Of a stretch of DNA of 64,000 bases, positions 39,348 to 55,500 are shown in pieces. The translations under genes and the position numbers were made by a program. How positions within the stretch are numbered: the first letter of the stretch is position 1; every line of letters begins with the position of its first letter. The stretch covers positions 152,458,001-152,522,000 of the forward strand of contig OZ024742.1 in the NCBI GenBank assembly GCA_964016885.1, given 5' to 3'. Origin of the DNA: Eledone cirrhosa. Its lineage: Eukaryota. The notes below the pieces were generated by a model that was given only the letters and a program-made list of their open reading frames with translations, had not been told where the DNA came from and did not search any database.

Positions 39348-39711
39348 AATAGAATGAAACGAAATTTCATTTCTCACTCTTAGTACGGCAGTTACTTAAA
39401 TGTAAGTATGTATGCATACGTACATACATATATGTATACAGACGTACAGTAGTATGTATATATATACATACATGCACACATATATATGTTGTTTGTCTGT
39501 TTACAAACAAACCGAACATTATAATAAATTTTCGGTAAACCGATACGTGAATATATATATGTGCATATATATATATGTGTGCATGTATGTATATATATAC
39601 ATACTATTGTACGTCTGTATATATATATGTATGTACGTATACATACATACTTACATTTAAGTATCAGCCGTACTAAGAGTGACAAATGAAATTTCGTTTC
39701 CTTCTATACCA
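39346..39711. repeat. Inverted repeat, ~140-bp arms with an ~80-bp spacer (foldback/MITE-like)
   Basis: GAAACGAAATTTCATTTCTCACTCTTAGTACGGC is mirrored by GCCGTACTAAGAGTGACAAATGAAATTTCGTTTC. Confidence 0.9.
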
Positions 39712-39749
39712 TCCATCGTTTTCGGTGCTCACGGCCGACTAAACTCACT

Positions 39750-41065
39750 TGTTATTAATAACAAAAAAACAAATCCATTATGCCAAACCCATGACTTCCA
39801 AGTATCTGATCCACCGAAACTCAGCTGTTTTGGATCTCACCAAAATCAACATACTGATTGCGGATTTGGTACGGGTGATGAGAAACGTGTCCCGCAAGTG
39901 CAACCCCAAAGAACTAGAGAGACACTTACAACACTTAATCCACCGTATGCAGTTCTCTGGTTACAATCAAAGAGATAAAATGAAAGTATATAGAGGAGCC
40001 AGAACCAAATGGGGAAAAATGATAAATAATGATACCAATGGGCCCTGCCCCTTGTATAGGAGCAAGTTTTGGAATAGAATAGAAAGAACTAGGAATAAGG
40101 CTAATAGAATTAACTCATGGTATGATAGCAATAAATACCAGAGTGTAATATTCATCGATACAACCCCTAGAGGTGGATTAGCTTACAAATTTAGAAGGGC
40201 CCTAGATAAACTTAATCTTAATATTAAGATAGTAGACAGACCAGGTACCTCCATAAAAACACCTATTAGCAATACATACTCTTTTCAAAGACTTCCCTGT
40301 ATAGATAAGAAATGCATAATCTGTAAATTAAGCCCCCATATTAACTGTAAAACTAGAAATGTAGTATATAGCATAAGATGTACTGAAGGACAATGTAAAG
40401 ATAAGAATATAGTGTACATAGGTGAGACAGCTCGTAGTATAGAAGAACGGTTAAACGAACACTGGCGAGAACTTCAAGATAAAAAAGAATCATCTGTACT
40501 CCACCAACATGCTAGAACATACGGGAAAATTAGAGAACATAAATAAAAATAGAATCTACACACAGAAAAGACGCAATGTTTAGACAAATCACAGAGGCAA
40601 TAAACATAAATGAACTCGAAGCAAAATTAAATAGAAAACATGAATAGAATAGCAACATCAAAACTTACAATTAAGGACAAAATGAAAACACACACATAGA
40701 ACAAACAACCAACCAGTAACATGTAAATAAACAAGTAAATAAATAAATAAAAACACACACAGACACCCGGATGTAATACATGCGCAAACTAAGCACACAA
40801 GACACACAAAAACAAGATGGCGTAGGACAGAACAAAGGAGTGGCACAAAACAAAGAAAATAATCCCCAGTCACTGAAGAGGTCACAGAATGTGTGACGAA
40901 AGAACTTTGACAATATATGAACAACCGTCCGGTTATGGAACCAACCAACCAAACGGAAACTTATACATTCTTAAATTTATAAATATAATTTATAATAAAT
41001 TGGAGTGAAGCAACTTGTGCGTGTGTTTCTTATTGGCAACATAACCCTCCCCAAAGTATAACAAT
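39750..41065 (+). mobile_element. Penelope-like element family A, 5'-truncated (RT thumb, GIY-YIG, pLTR)
   Basis: ORF 39749-40546 with VVYSIRC...VYIGETARS..R..EH; near-identical to 49075-50365. Confidence 0.88.
40869..40911 (+). ncRNA. Minimal type I hammerhead ribozyme in a Penelope pLTR
   Basis: GTCA-CTGAAGA-G-GTCACA gaatg TGTGAC-GAAA-GAAC-TT-TGAC. Confidence 0.75.
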
Positions 41066-41086
41066 ATATATATATGTATATTTGAA

Positions 41087-41893
41087 TGAAAAATGGCGTG
41101 CTGTGTTGTTGCGAATATGAACATATGAATAAAAATAGAACAAGAAACAAGAACGTCCTTCATCAGTAGTCTGCTGATTAACGTTTTGTATTTCTTCGCA
41201 TTAAAGACTAGATACCTAAAATCAGTGCGAGCGATAACTAAATTACGTTATCGGGACAGAGGAAAACAGAGGAAAGGAAACAAACAACATGGCAGTAATG
41301 CAACGTAAATAGAGGAAAAGAGAGACAAGTCAATGAATCTTGTGGGCTTAAGTACGACAAATCAAAATGACGAGAATAAATAGACGCGTCCGAGCCACGA
41401 GAATATTGAGAGAGGAAAGAAATTAAAGCAGATCAGACGGGAGGCAGTGAGAGAGGAGTAGCAGAGAGTGAGTGAAAGTGTGAGGAAGGGGCCAGCCGCG
41501 AGTGAGTGACCAGCAGCGAGAGTGGAGGAGAGCAAGAGGTGAAGGAGAGAGAAGGGGGAGAGAGAAGAAGAGGGTAGGAGTAAGGTGATAGAAAAAATAC
41601 GAACCACAGCAAAGGGAAAAAATATATGTGAATGAAAAATGGCGTGCTCCGCTGTTGCGAATATGAACATATGAATAAAAATAGACCAAGAAACAAGTAC
41701 GTCCTTCATCAGTAGTCTGTGATTATCGTTGGTATTTCTTCGCATTAAAGACTAGATACCTAAAATCAGTGCGAGCGATAACTAAGTTACGTTATCGGGA
41801 CAGAGGAAAACAGAGGAAAGGAAATAAACAACAGAGGAAAAGAGAGACAAGTCAATGAATCCTGTGGGCTTAAGTCCGACAAATCAGAATGAC
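41087..41893. repeat. ~543-bp unit in ~1.5 tandem copies between TA tracts
   Basis: 41087-41371 is repeated at 41630-41893 with a ~20-bp indel; non-coding. Confidence 0.88.
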
Positions 41894-41923
41894 ATATATA
41901 TATACATGTAGACTTAGCACTTT

Positions 41924-41980
<57 letters not shown>

Positions 41981-41982
<2 letters not shown>

Positions 41983-43580
41983 CGGCGATGAATAAGTTTT
42001 GCGAGGTTTTTGATATGAAATCGTGTGTCTAAACAAATATTGTTATACTTGGGGAGGGTCATATTGTTGTAATAATATTGCCAGAATTAATAACAGAACA
42101 CACTCACTGTTTGGTTGGTTTTCGCTTCTGTATCTTTTATATTAGTTACCTTATTCGGTCCTCAAAGTTTACCATTGACTGACTAACGGTAAAAAATACA
42201 GATATAATATAGACAGAAACACATATATTTAGTCTAACAAAGTTCTTTCGTTGCACATCTGCAACATCGTCAGTGGTGCTATTATGTTTCCTCCTGTTGT
42301 ATTGTATGTCTACGCCATCTTTATTTAAACTGTTTGTTCTGTTTATTTATTTATTTATTTATTTATTTAGTGCTTGTGTATAGTGTTTGATGCGGGTTCG
42401 TGTTTGGGTGACTGTGTTTTGGTTATTGTATTCTATCTTAGTTTACTAGTGTGTGTTTATATGTGTTTGTTGTTATTCTGCTTGTGTATGTATTTATTTA
42501 TTTATTTATTTATTTTATTTATTTATATTTCTCTTAGGTCAGTATTGTTTGTTCAGGTGTTATTATTCCATTCATTTTTTTCTGTTTAGCTTTGGCCTTC
42601 TAAGTTCTATTTCACTGGCCTCTCTGATTTGTCCCTCTGCTGGGTCACTTCTATGTTTAGATATTATTTTAATTCCTATGTTGTCTATGTTACCGTCGTG
42701 ATGGTGTCTGGTAGGTTCGTATAGTAATGAACCGTTTTTTCGTCCTTTTAGTTCCCCCCAGCATTGGTCTATCCTTTCACCTATGCTACGAGCTGTCTCA
42801 CCTATGTATGTTGTTGTCATGTTTCTGCAAGTACCCTATGTACATCTTATGCTATAGACTACGTTTCTAGTTTTACAGTTTATCTGGGGGTTTACTTTAC
42901 ATATAATACATTTCCTATTGGTACAGTGGGTTTTCTTAAAAGGGTATGTTTTGCTGATCAGGGATTTTATGGTGGTTCCTGGCTTTTCTACCACCTTAAT
43001 CTTTAAGTGGGTCTTTCTCAGGGCCTTTCTACACTGGTTAGCTAATTTCACTCCATGGGTAGCGTCCAGGAACATGACACTCTGGTATCTCTGGTTGTCG
43101 TGGCCTGTGGTGGCTTTCCCTATCTTATGTCTAGTCCTATCTAAGCTATTCCATGATTTGCTCCTGTATAATGGGCAAATTCCTTTCATGTCCAGTTCTA
43201 TTAGGGTCTTATACTTCTCCGTGGCTCCTTCGTATACTTTGATTCTGTCTCTTTCGTTGTAGCCAGAGAAATACATGCGGTTGATGAAGTGTTGGATGTG
43301 TATTTCCCTTTCTGTTGGGTCGCACATGCGGGACACGTTCTTCATCACTCGTACGAAGTCTGCGATCCGAATATTAAACTTAACACTACTGGAGATTGCT
43401 GAGGTTTTGAGTATTAGGTATTTGGAGTATCAGGTTTAGCGTAGTGTGAGTGGAGAATTTGCGCACTCTCGTCTATAGTGTTAATCCAGAGTTCCGTGTC
43501 TAATACAGGTAGTTTATTGTTAGGGTGTTTGAAAAGGTAGTCGATAGTTACAGTTATACTCTGGTGTATGGAATTAGTTT
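41981..43580 (-). mobile_element. Penelope-like element family B, 5'-truncated
   Basis: KLPVLDTELW; ORFs 43348-42836 and 42820-42572 (YIGETARS...QIREA...PKLN); the pLTR ends at (TA)n. Confidence 0.87.
42236..42277 (-). ncRNA. Minimal hammerhead motif in the family B pLTR
   Basis: CTGACGA-T-GTTGCA gatg TGCAAC-GAAA-GAAC-TT; stem II covaries with family A; stem I has one mismatch. Confidence 0.68.
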
Positions 43581-43651
43581 GGTGTATGGAATTAGTCCAG
43601 AATTAGCCGTCGAAACGGCTTGAGCTTAGCCGTCGGGATCCTACTCGTTCC

Positions 43652-43685
<34 letters not shown>

Positions 43686-44999
43686 TGAATAGTTTAATCG
43701 AGTTAATAACACAACCATGTAAGGCAAACATTAATTCGGAGCTCAAATGTGATTTAAAACCAAAAGCAGGATGGGTAAATGGCAGTTCCGTGTTTTAATG
43801 CACTTCCTTAATTTACAACCACAGGAGTTTTACAATATCACAGCATATATATCATGATAAATTGACCAGGACTAAATTATATAAAATTATTTAATTGATT
43901 TACGAACGTTTCTATCAATACAGTAAAATGATTCATTATTTTGCTCTGTAATTATTTCTTCACAATCTATTAAACGATATAAATATGATATTTACTATCG
44001 ATGTCCAGTCCTCTCCACTTTGAACATGTAAAAAAATTTGAAATACAGTTGGTAGGATGATAACACTTTATGGAAGACTAATCGTACACATTAATATTGT
44101 ATACATATTATATATATTGTATATACATTTAATATTGTATATTGTATATATACAACTGTGAATAAAATGCGACGTTGGAAATAAGTATATACATATGGAA
44201 CCAAATTCCCACTGACACAGCCTCCGTCTCTCATACTCTCCCCATCTCTCACTATTATGAACACATGCGGTCCCACGCGCTGGCCGACCCGCGACCTCGG
44301 TGGATGGAATAGAGGAGGCGTTTTCCCGGAGGATGGTGAGGGAGTCGCACTAGAAGCGCCATTACAGCTCGCAATGCTCACACCTGCGGGTAGTCAACTT
44401 TGTGCCGAAGATGGTGAGTAGGAATATGGCCCTAGGGCCAAGGACCCAAGAAGTCTCCACTACTCCGGGTTCGATCGCAAACCTATCGGAGAGCCACTGA
44501 TATTTAGAGTGTTTACCCTCCACAGTCCGAAATGCAGGAGATATTAAATGTAGTTTATAGATTATTTTAATTCAAGGATTTGGTAGTTGTTTAATTTTAT
44601 AGGCTCATTTATGTAAGCCACCACTATTTTGTGTATTCAATAGGAGTAACTAAGCAGATAAGGACTGTTTCTTCTCACATTGGCAAACGTTAATAAATTG
44701 TTTATTATTATCATTAAAAAATACGGTACAATTTAAAGTTGATTTGGCATAAAATATAACATGCGGCAACTAAAGATTGTTTAGTTACCGCCCGTTATAT
44801 TTTATCACTAATAAATTTTGTGCTTCCATTGTTATTTATTTTCTGTGAGGTAACCACAGGTGACAACGGTATTCCAGGTCCGGCTGGGAAAAGATAGATA
44901 AGAGTAGGAATATAGTGTGAATCTCTTTAGACATGAAAGGTCTGAAAATACAAGAACAGATCCTACAAGTCTAGTAAACGTTGTTGTTTAAGTGAGTAC

Positions 45000-46650
45000 T
45001 GTACTATGGAGTAACAATTACTCCAATGTCTCTTGCGTCGTTTAATGTCACGAGGGTTTCACCTGAGGGATGAGTATATGGTAAATGCAATGCATCCTTT
45101 TTTCCAAAGTGGATTAATTCAAATATTTCTTCATTTAGTAGAATATTGTTTTTTGTCACCCATGGCGTAAGACGGAACAGATCCAATTGAACGCACGTTC
45201 GGTCTACAACTACAGACCTTTTGGGGCTTGAAATCAAGAGCGAAAATTCATATTTTTCTTTGCTTGATGATGTCTATATCCTTTACGTAAACAATGAAGC
45301 TAAATGGTTCTTGTGAGACACCCCTACTGAAATTGACTGAGTTTTCACGTATTCCTTCTATCGTAACATGTTGGGATCTGTTGTCAAGAAACAATTAATC
45401 CAGTGCAGTAGCTTTCCATAGACTTTAATGCTGGATAATTTAACAGGATGCGATGACTCTGTCAAAGGCCTGGCTGAAATTTATTGTAAATAACATCCGT
45501 GTTGGTACCATCTCCCAAAGCTTTTAGATTGTCATCAAGCCAGGCAATCCCTTCCATCATTGAGCCTATGGTGTTTTGAGTTCAGCAGATTGTTCCTTTG
45601 AAGGAAGTGAGTTATTCGTGATTTCGCCACCCTCCCAAAACCCTGGATGATATGCGAGGTGAGTGCAACTGGACAGTAATACACTGTAAGGGACTGGTTC
45701 TCTTTTTTGTAACCTGGGACAGCAGGTTGGGACAAGGCATTTTCAGGTATATAGTTTGCGTCCAGTGAGTTTCTCCAAATATTAGCAAGTTGGGATACAA
45801 GTTGATGTCAGAAAATCCTCCGGGAACCTATCAGAGCCTATTGCCTAGTTGTGCTTGATTTTGCTATTGTTACTAATACATCACTGATATAGTCCAGATC
45901 AACTGTATCAGAATTGCTGAAAAGAGAGCAGTATTGTGCCTGCAGTATCCCAGCTATGGTTTTATCATCATTGTGGAGGGTGTTATTTTCATCAGCCAGA
46001 GGGCTAAAAGTGGAGACAATGATCTTGTGTTTTTTAGCAAATGAAAAGAACACTTTTCTCAATGGCCCAGACCTCATTAGCTATTCTTTGGCTATTACTG
46101 ATGGTTTTCCCGTTGCTTTGGAAGTTATGCATTTTTGATTCAAGTAATGCACTAACAGTTGAATTAGTCTGTTACTGCTGGTAGTATTTTAATTATTGTT
46201 TTGTTTTTTGTTAATTTTTATTCTTTTAATGATATTTCTGTTCCCGGTAATTCTGCAATTAGTTTTGTTCACAGATTATGTTGGGGTACATTTTTCACAT
46301 GTGACGGAGTCTCCAAATATCTGCCAAGATATTTTGATGTTAGTTGGGGTCTGTATGTGTGTGAAAGACCAGTCGGTACAAGCAGGCTCAAGAATTCGTA
46401 GTATAAACAGTAACATGATACAAAGTTAAGACATGGGAGGACTTTTGTTTTAAGGTGATATCCGATTTCAGATCAGTAAATAAGGTGTTGCTGCAGACCA
46501 TGCACCGACGTCTTGATAAGAAGGCCACCTCCACACCTGATATGTATATATATATATATGTTTGTTGGTTCACCACTGGATAGAACTGGTCATTCCGTAT
46601 GGTCAATCCTGGTGTAATATTGTGAAGAGTCCTCAACGCAGTGCAGTTCA
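45000..46650 (-). mobile_element. Old, highly degenerate CR1/L2-group LINE fragment
   Basis: Remnant motifs YCPVALTSHI, NLLNSKHH..GRDCL, RGVSQ and FELIHFGK..ARDIGVIV, in the expected order. Confidence 0.7.
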
Positions 46651-47659
46651 CCTATCTTCGTTTGTGTAGTTGGTGGTGCGAATACGGAGTTAATTATAAA
46701 TGAAATGAAATAATAGGAGGCTGGACTGGTGTAAATCCTTGAAAGGTTTATCATACTATGATCATCTCAATGACCGGGTTCCATATAAATTCGGTGATAT
46801 CAACAGGTATTGGAATATAACAAAGGAATATGTAAAAAACCATGGGTCCGAAAAATCAGAGACAGAGACAGAGAGGACGACTGACCAACTAGCTTCTCGG
46901 CCAGTCGCCATCAAAGTGTTGGCAACTGAAGCTACTAATGAGTATCTGGTGAGGGGGCGAAGGCTTATAATGCACTACCACCACTCCGTGAAAGAAGAAG
47001 GGGAAGAGAGAAAGAAAGGGAGAAAGAAGAGTAGTGTAAAGTGTCATACTACATTCATGCTAGAAAATGCCGCGAAAAAATGCTACCCCAGAGAATCTAT
47101 AATGGGTGTCTGTATGGTCTAATGTCTGAACCGAAGATTGGAACGTTAAACTTATGTTGCGAGTTATAGGATGAAATTAAATTGAATTGTTTTTGCCGCC
47201 ACATTATACTTGTACCTACAAACTCCAGGTTTAGGCATAACTATTAGATGTATCAGGCCTCTATTGGGACGCAAATAAACCCCTCATGTGGGATTTAATA
47301 GTATTCGTTTGGTATAGACGATGACCTGTCGAAATTGTGGAGTTCCCGCTAGCGCTCCCGAAGCCTAAGGTAGCTACGTTCCTAGAGTACTCTGAAAAAT
47401 TAATTTCCATTTCTTTCGCAGGACGATACCACTCGAGACTGGCTGACTCAGGGTGGGGGGTCTGCTGACTGGGACTCCCAATCGAAATCTTTACTCTATA
47501 TCCCATCCTAATATCTTATCGAGATACATTTTTTCATATAAGACTCTCTCTCCGTAAGTTCATTAAATAAATAAATCTCGCTACCTTAATCTTTAATTCT
47601 CTAATAACTTATTTTTCAATTTATCATTTTGCAATTTAATATTTTTAATTCAATTTAAT

Positions 47660-50584
<2,925 letters not shown>

Positions 50585-50586
50585 AA

Positions 50587-50633
<47 letters not shown>

Positions 50634-50676
50634 TATATATGTGTATATATATGTATATATATATATAAAGAAATAT

Positions 50677-52277
50677 CGTAAACTCCGTTCCACTTGCTCT
50701 AGTAGGCTTTTATATTTATATGTGAGCTGATAGAGTACAGTCTAAGGATTTACAGAAACCCATGAAGCTAGATTTAACACCTTTCTAGTGGGTCCGGGTA
50801 TGATTTTACATTCATTTAAATTATTGACGTATTGTTTTATTGATATTTTTTATCTGTTTGGCCCGAATCTTCCTTTATCGATTTTAAATCGTATGGTTGA
50901 TTGTAGACTCGTTCTATATGTGACGGTATTTTAACGATAGTTATAGCTCTGATTCATCTGAATTATTGAGCCCTCTGCCGCTCATATCGAATTTCGTTTA
51001 TCGTGAACTCGTGCGCCGATTTTTCGATACTCGATCTTTCTAATATATTTAGCTCTGGACATAGCTATCCACCAGTTAATTTTATTGCTCATTTTTTGTC
51101 GATTCTATTGAGTGATGAATAGCTTTTGTTTTATTTTAACATGTCTATTGAGCACTCTAATTCGATATGTGTATTTCCACATTCACTCGAATTGTTTTCG
51201 CGGATATAGGGGTCATCTCCCTTGTCTAATGCCATGTGCGTTTTTCACCGCTAGTTGACTCCTCTGCCGCCAGGAAAAAACTCGTTGATAACGTAAACTC
51301 CGTTCCACTTGCTCTAGTAGGCTTTTATATTTATATGTGAGCTGATAGAGTACAGTCTAAGGATTTACAGAAACCCATGAAGCTAGATTTAACACCTTTC
51401 TAGTGGGTCCGGGTATGATTTTACATTCATTTAAATTATTGACGTATTGTTTTATTGATATTTTTTATCTGTTTGGCCCGAATCTTCCTTTATCGATTTT
51501 AAATCGTATGGTTGATTGTAGACTCGTTCTATATGTGACGGTATTTTAACGATAGTTATAGCTCTGATTCATCTGAATTATTGAGCCCTCTGCCGCTCAT
51601 ATCGAATTTCGTTTATCGTGAACTCGTGCGCCGATTTTTCGATACTCGATCTTTCTAATATATTTAGCTCTGGACATAGCTATCCACCAGTTAATTTTAT
51701 TGCTCATTTTTTGTCGATTCTATTGAGTGATGAATAGCTTTTGTTTTATTTTAACATGTCTATTGAGCACTCTAATTCGATATGTGTATTTCCACATTCA
51801 CTCGAATTGTTTTCGCGGATATAGGGGTCATCTCCCTTGTCTAATGCCATGTGCGTTTTTCACCGTTAGTTGACTCCTCTGCCGCCAGGAATAAACTCGT
51901 TGATAACGTAAACTCCGTTCCACTTGCTCTAGTAGGCTTTTATATTTATATGTGAGCTGATAGAGTACAGTCTAAGGATTTACAGAAACCCATGAAGCTA
52001 GATTTAACACCTTTCTAGTGGGTCCGGGTATGATTTTACATTCATTTAAATTATTGACGTATTGTTTTATTGATATTTTTTATCTGTTTGGCCCGAATCT
52101 TCCTTTATCGATTTTAAATCGTATGGTTGATTGTAGACTCGTTCTATATGTGACGGTATTTTAACGATAGTTATAGCTCTGATTCATCTGAATTATTGAG
52201 CCCTCTGCCGCTCATATCGAATTTCGTTTATCGTGAACTCGTGCGCCGATTTTTCGATACTCGATCTTTCTAATATA
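50677..52277. repeat. 615-bp unit in ~2.6 near-identical tandem copies within (TA)n
   Basis: Units start at 50677, 51292 and 51907; only two substitutions seen between copies 1 and 2; no ORF of 60 aa or more inside the unit. Confidence 0.96.
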
Positions 52278-52306
52278 TATATATATATATATAAAAATAT
52301 ATATAT

Positions 52307-52429
<123 letters not shown>

Positions 52430-52443
52430 TATATATGTGTATA

Positions 52444-52516
<73 letters not shown>

Positions 52517-52550
52517 ATATATATATTTTTATATATATATATATATAGAT

Positions 52551-55500
52551 ATATTTCTTTATTTACCATAAATGCATAAAAAGAAGGGACTAATACAAAG
52601 GGGAGTTTACATAAAATCGAATAAAAAGGGTATAAAATGACAATAATCGAAAACAACCTCAAAAGGGAGGGGACGTGATGGGGGTTGCACACACCCCCGA
52701 AAAAGTGTGCAATCCTTTGACCGGGGACCACATGGAGAAGGTGGTCCCTTCTCCTTCACTTCTTTACCTACAGGATGGTATACAGAGAAGGCCCATTTAC
52801 ACGAGCCATTCTCGCCACTATCACCCACCTTTCATAAAACTGCCTGTGGCCAAGCACCTCTCTCTCCATTCTTATCCTTCTTCCGAAGTGATATCGGAAG
52901 AAGTAGACCAGACTATGGCCAGAGAGGAAGAGCGCCTGACCTCAGACCTTTCAATCGTGTCCACCAAACAACCTCTTTCAACATGGCTATTACGCACAGA
53001 AAAACCGCCTTTGCTTCCTTTGTGAAGAGGGAAGGCGGCTTGATTGTCATCACGGACTCGGCGGTCAATCGAATCGGCGCCACCCGCGACAGCAGTCGTT
53101 CGGCGTAGCCCCACAGATCAGCCACGCCCGGACATTGCACCAATGAGTGCGCAACGGTTTCTTCGTGACGCACGCATCTAGGGCAAATCTTTTTCGAGAG
53201 ATCCCTGCCCGGGCGCTCGTGTCTGTAGAGCCTCTCTCGAACGAGTAGAGCCCCCCGGTAGCACTGCCAGGCTAGTGACTTCTGGAAGTTGTCCATTGGT
53301 CCCGGGCCGAAAGTCCTACCTAACAGGCTGGCCAGTTCGTCCTCTTCCATGTCCAGCGACTCTACAAGGGTGACATCGCCCCTGCTAGCCACCAGCCCTC
53401 TATAGAATGATGAGGTGGATTCTCCACCGATGGCCTGGCCCGCTTGCCAGAGAAACCTGAGCGCCTGGGCACACTCAGTGTGCCAGTCTCCCAGTTTTCC
53501 GGATCTTTGCTTGACCCAGGACTGCTGCTCGGTGAGCGAGACGAGTCACGGAAATGCTCGTTTCTCGAACGGAGCCCACACCGTTTGACCAGTGAGGAAT
53601 AGATGTAGGTGCCGTAGCCTTAATGCGTGCCTACACATCATCAACCACGGCATCCCCAGCCCTCCTTTCGAAGGTTGTTGGCAGCAGATGGATCTTCTCA
53701 CCATAGGAGGACGCTTCTTCAAAAGAAATTGGAAGAGCATGCGTTCCATGGTGGTGAGTGTTTCCTTAGGGCAAGGTACGACAGTCAGGCGGTAGTAAGT
53801 GACGGACGCTATGTAAATATTCGCCACCTCCGCCCGACCTTTTAGGGACAGCTTACACTTGGCCCATTTCTGGGTGAGTGCAAACACCTTGTTCGTAACC
53901 TCGTCCCAGTTCTTTTCCACCTGGAGGTCCGGTCCAAACCAGACCCCAAGCAACTTCACCGGGCCCTCCGTCCAGTGTCCGACGACACTGTCGGGAGGTA
54001 TCGGTCTGCCTCTCCACGTTCCGAGTTGCAGCCCGATGGATTTTTCCCGGTTCAGTTTCGCTCCTGACAACCTTTCGTAATCCTCCAGTAAGGTACCGAT
54101 CGCCTCGATCTCCGAGTCGGTCGATACCATTACTGTTACGTCATCGGCGTAGGCTGACACCGCTTTGCTCAATCCTGGTTCCAGGGGGATACCCTGCAAC
54201 AACTTCAACTTCCTCAGTAAAGGCTCGAGAGTCAATACGTACAGAAGGGAGGAGAGAGGGCACCCCTGTCGAATGGATCGTGTGATTTCAAACGGCTTCG
54301 AAAGGTAGCCGTTCACCTTGATCCTAGAACAGATGTGGTTGCTATGTAAGGCAGTGATCCAGTCTCTGAAAACAGGACCGAACCCAGCCGCCGCTAGCAC
54401 CGCAACCAGGTAACCATGGTCGACCCTATCGAAGGCCTTAGACTGATCCAAGTTGATCAGGGCCCCACCGAAGCCGGGTTTGTTGCCAACCCTCTCTATG
54501 ATGTATCGCATGAGGTGGAGGTTGTCGTGAATGGACCTGGATGGGATAGCACATGTCTGCGCATCTCCCAGCAGGCCACCCACGACAAGCGCCAACCTCT
54601 TTGCTAACACCTTGGCCAAAATCTTTAACTCTGTGTTTAGCAGGGTTATGGGCCGAAAATTATTTATACTATCCCCCTTGTTCTCGTCCTTCCTCACCAG
54701 CGAGACTACGCCTTTGGCTACAGAACAAGGAATTCTCCCGTTCTGCTGCCAATTGCAGTAGACTGCTTCGAGGAGTTCGGAGAAGAAGACCGGCATTGCT
54801 AAATAAAGTTCGTAAGGTATACCATCGAGACCTGGAGATTTGCGTCTGCTGCATTGGCTCAGCGCATCCCCGATCTCATCAGCCGAGATTGGTCCCTCGC
54901 AGGACTCTGCCTCTTCGCTCGAGAGAAGCGACAGGCCGTCGAGGTATGGACCGAAATCCACGTCCCCGCCCGGACCCTCGCCTCCCCCGAACAATCGGGC
55001 AAAGTGCCTTTGAAAGGCCTCGCACATCTGCTTAGGCTCCAGGATCACCCGTCCATCCTCGTCTTGCAAAGACCGGATGGTGGATCGATTTCCACTCTTA
55101 GCTTCTGTCACGCGGGCCCAGCCAACGGCTTTGGCCGCCTCATTACCTAGAGCACGTATTTTACTTCGAATGATGCAGCCTTCGTGCTTTGCATCGAAAA
55201 ACTGGCTCAAGGCCCTCCTCGATGCCAGCACTCTGGCCACATCTTCGCTCTTGATTGCCTCTTCTAATTTACCTGTTAATTCTTTCTCGTTCCTATCCCT
55301 ATCGGCAGCTAACATCTTGCTATAACTTATTAATTCTGTTCTAATCTCTCTTTTGAGAGATGCCCACCATCGGTTGTTGACGATTGCACCCGTCAACCTC
55401 TCCTTAACTAATCCGGTCGGTTTCTGTAAGCCTCTTTTGCCGGTAAAGAGAAATTAAGTTTCCAGTAACCCGGACCCTGTCTATGTGTTTTCTCGAGATT

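Noticed and set aside
39668-39705. Hammerhead in the 39346-39711 inverted repeat (CTAAGAG...GAAA)
   Set aside because: The core lacks G5 in both arms and stems I-III do not pair.
46739-47122. 127-aa plus-strand ORF
   Set aside because: It has a non-ATG start and no recognisable motif or supporting context.
50677-52277. CRISPR array, 5S rDNA or twister ribozyme reading of the tandem repeat
   Set aside because: There are no variable spacers and no 5S or tRNA boxes, and the twister core with its pseudoknots could not be completed.
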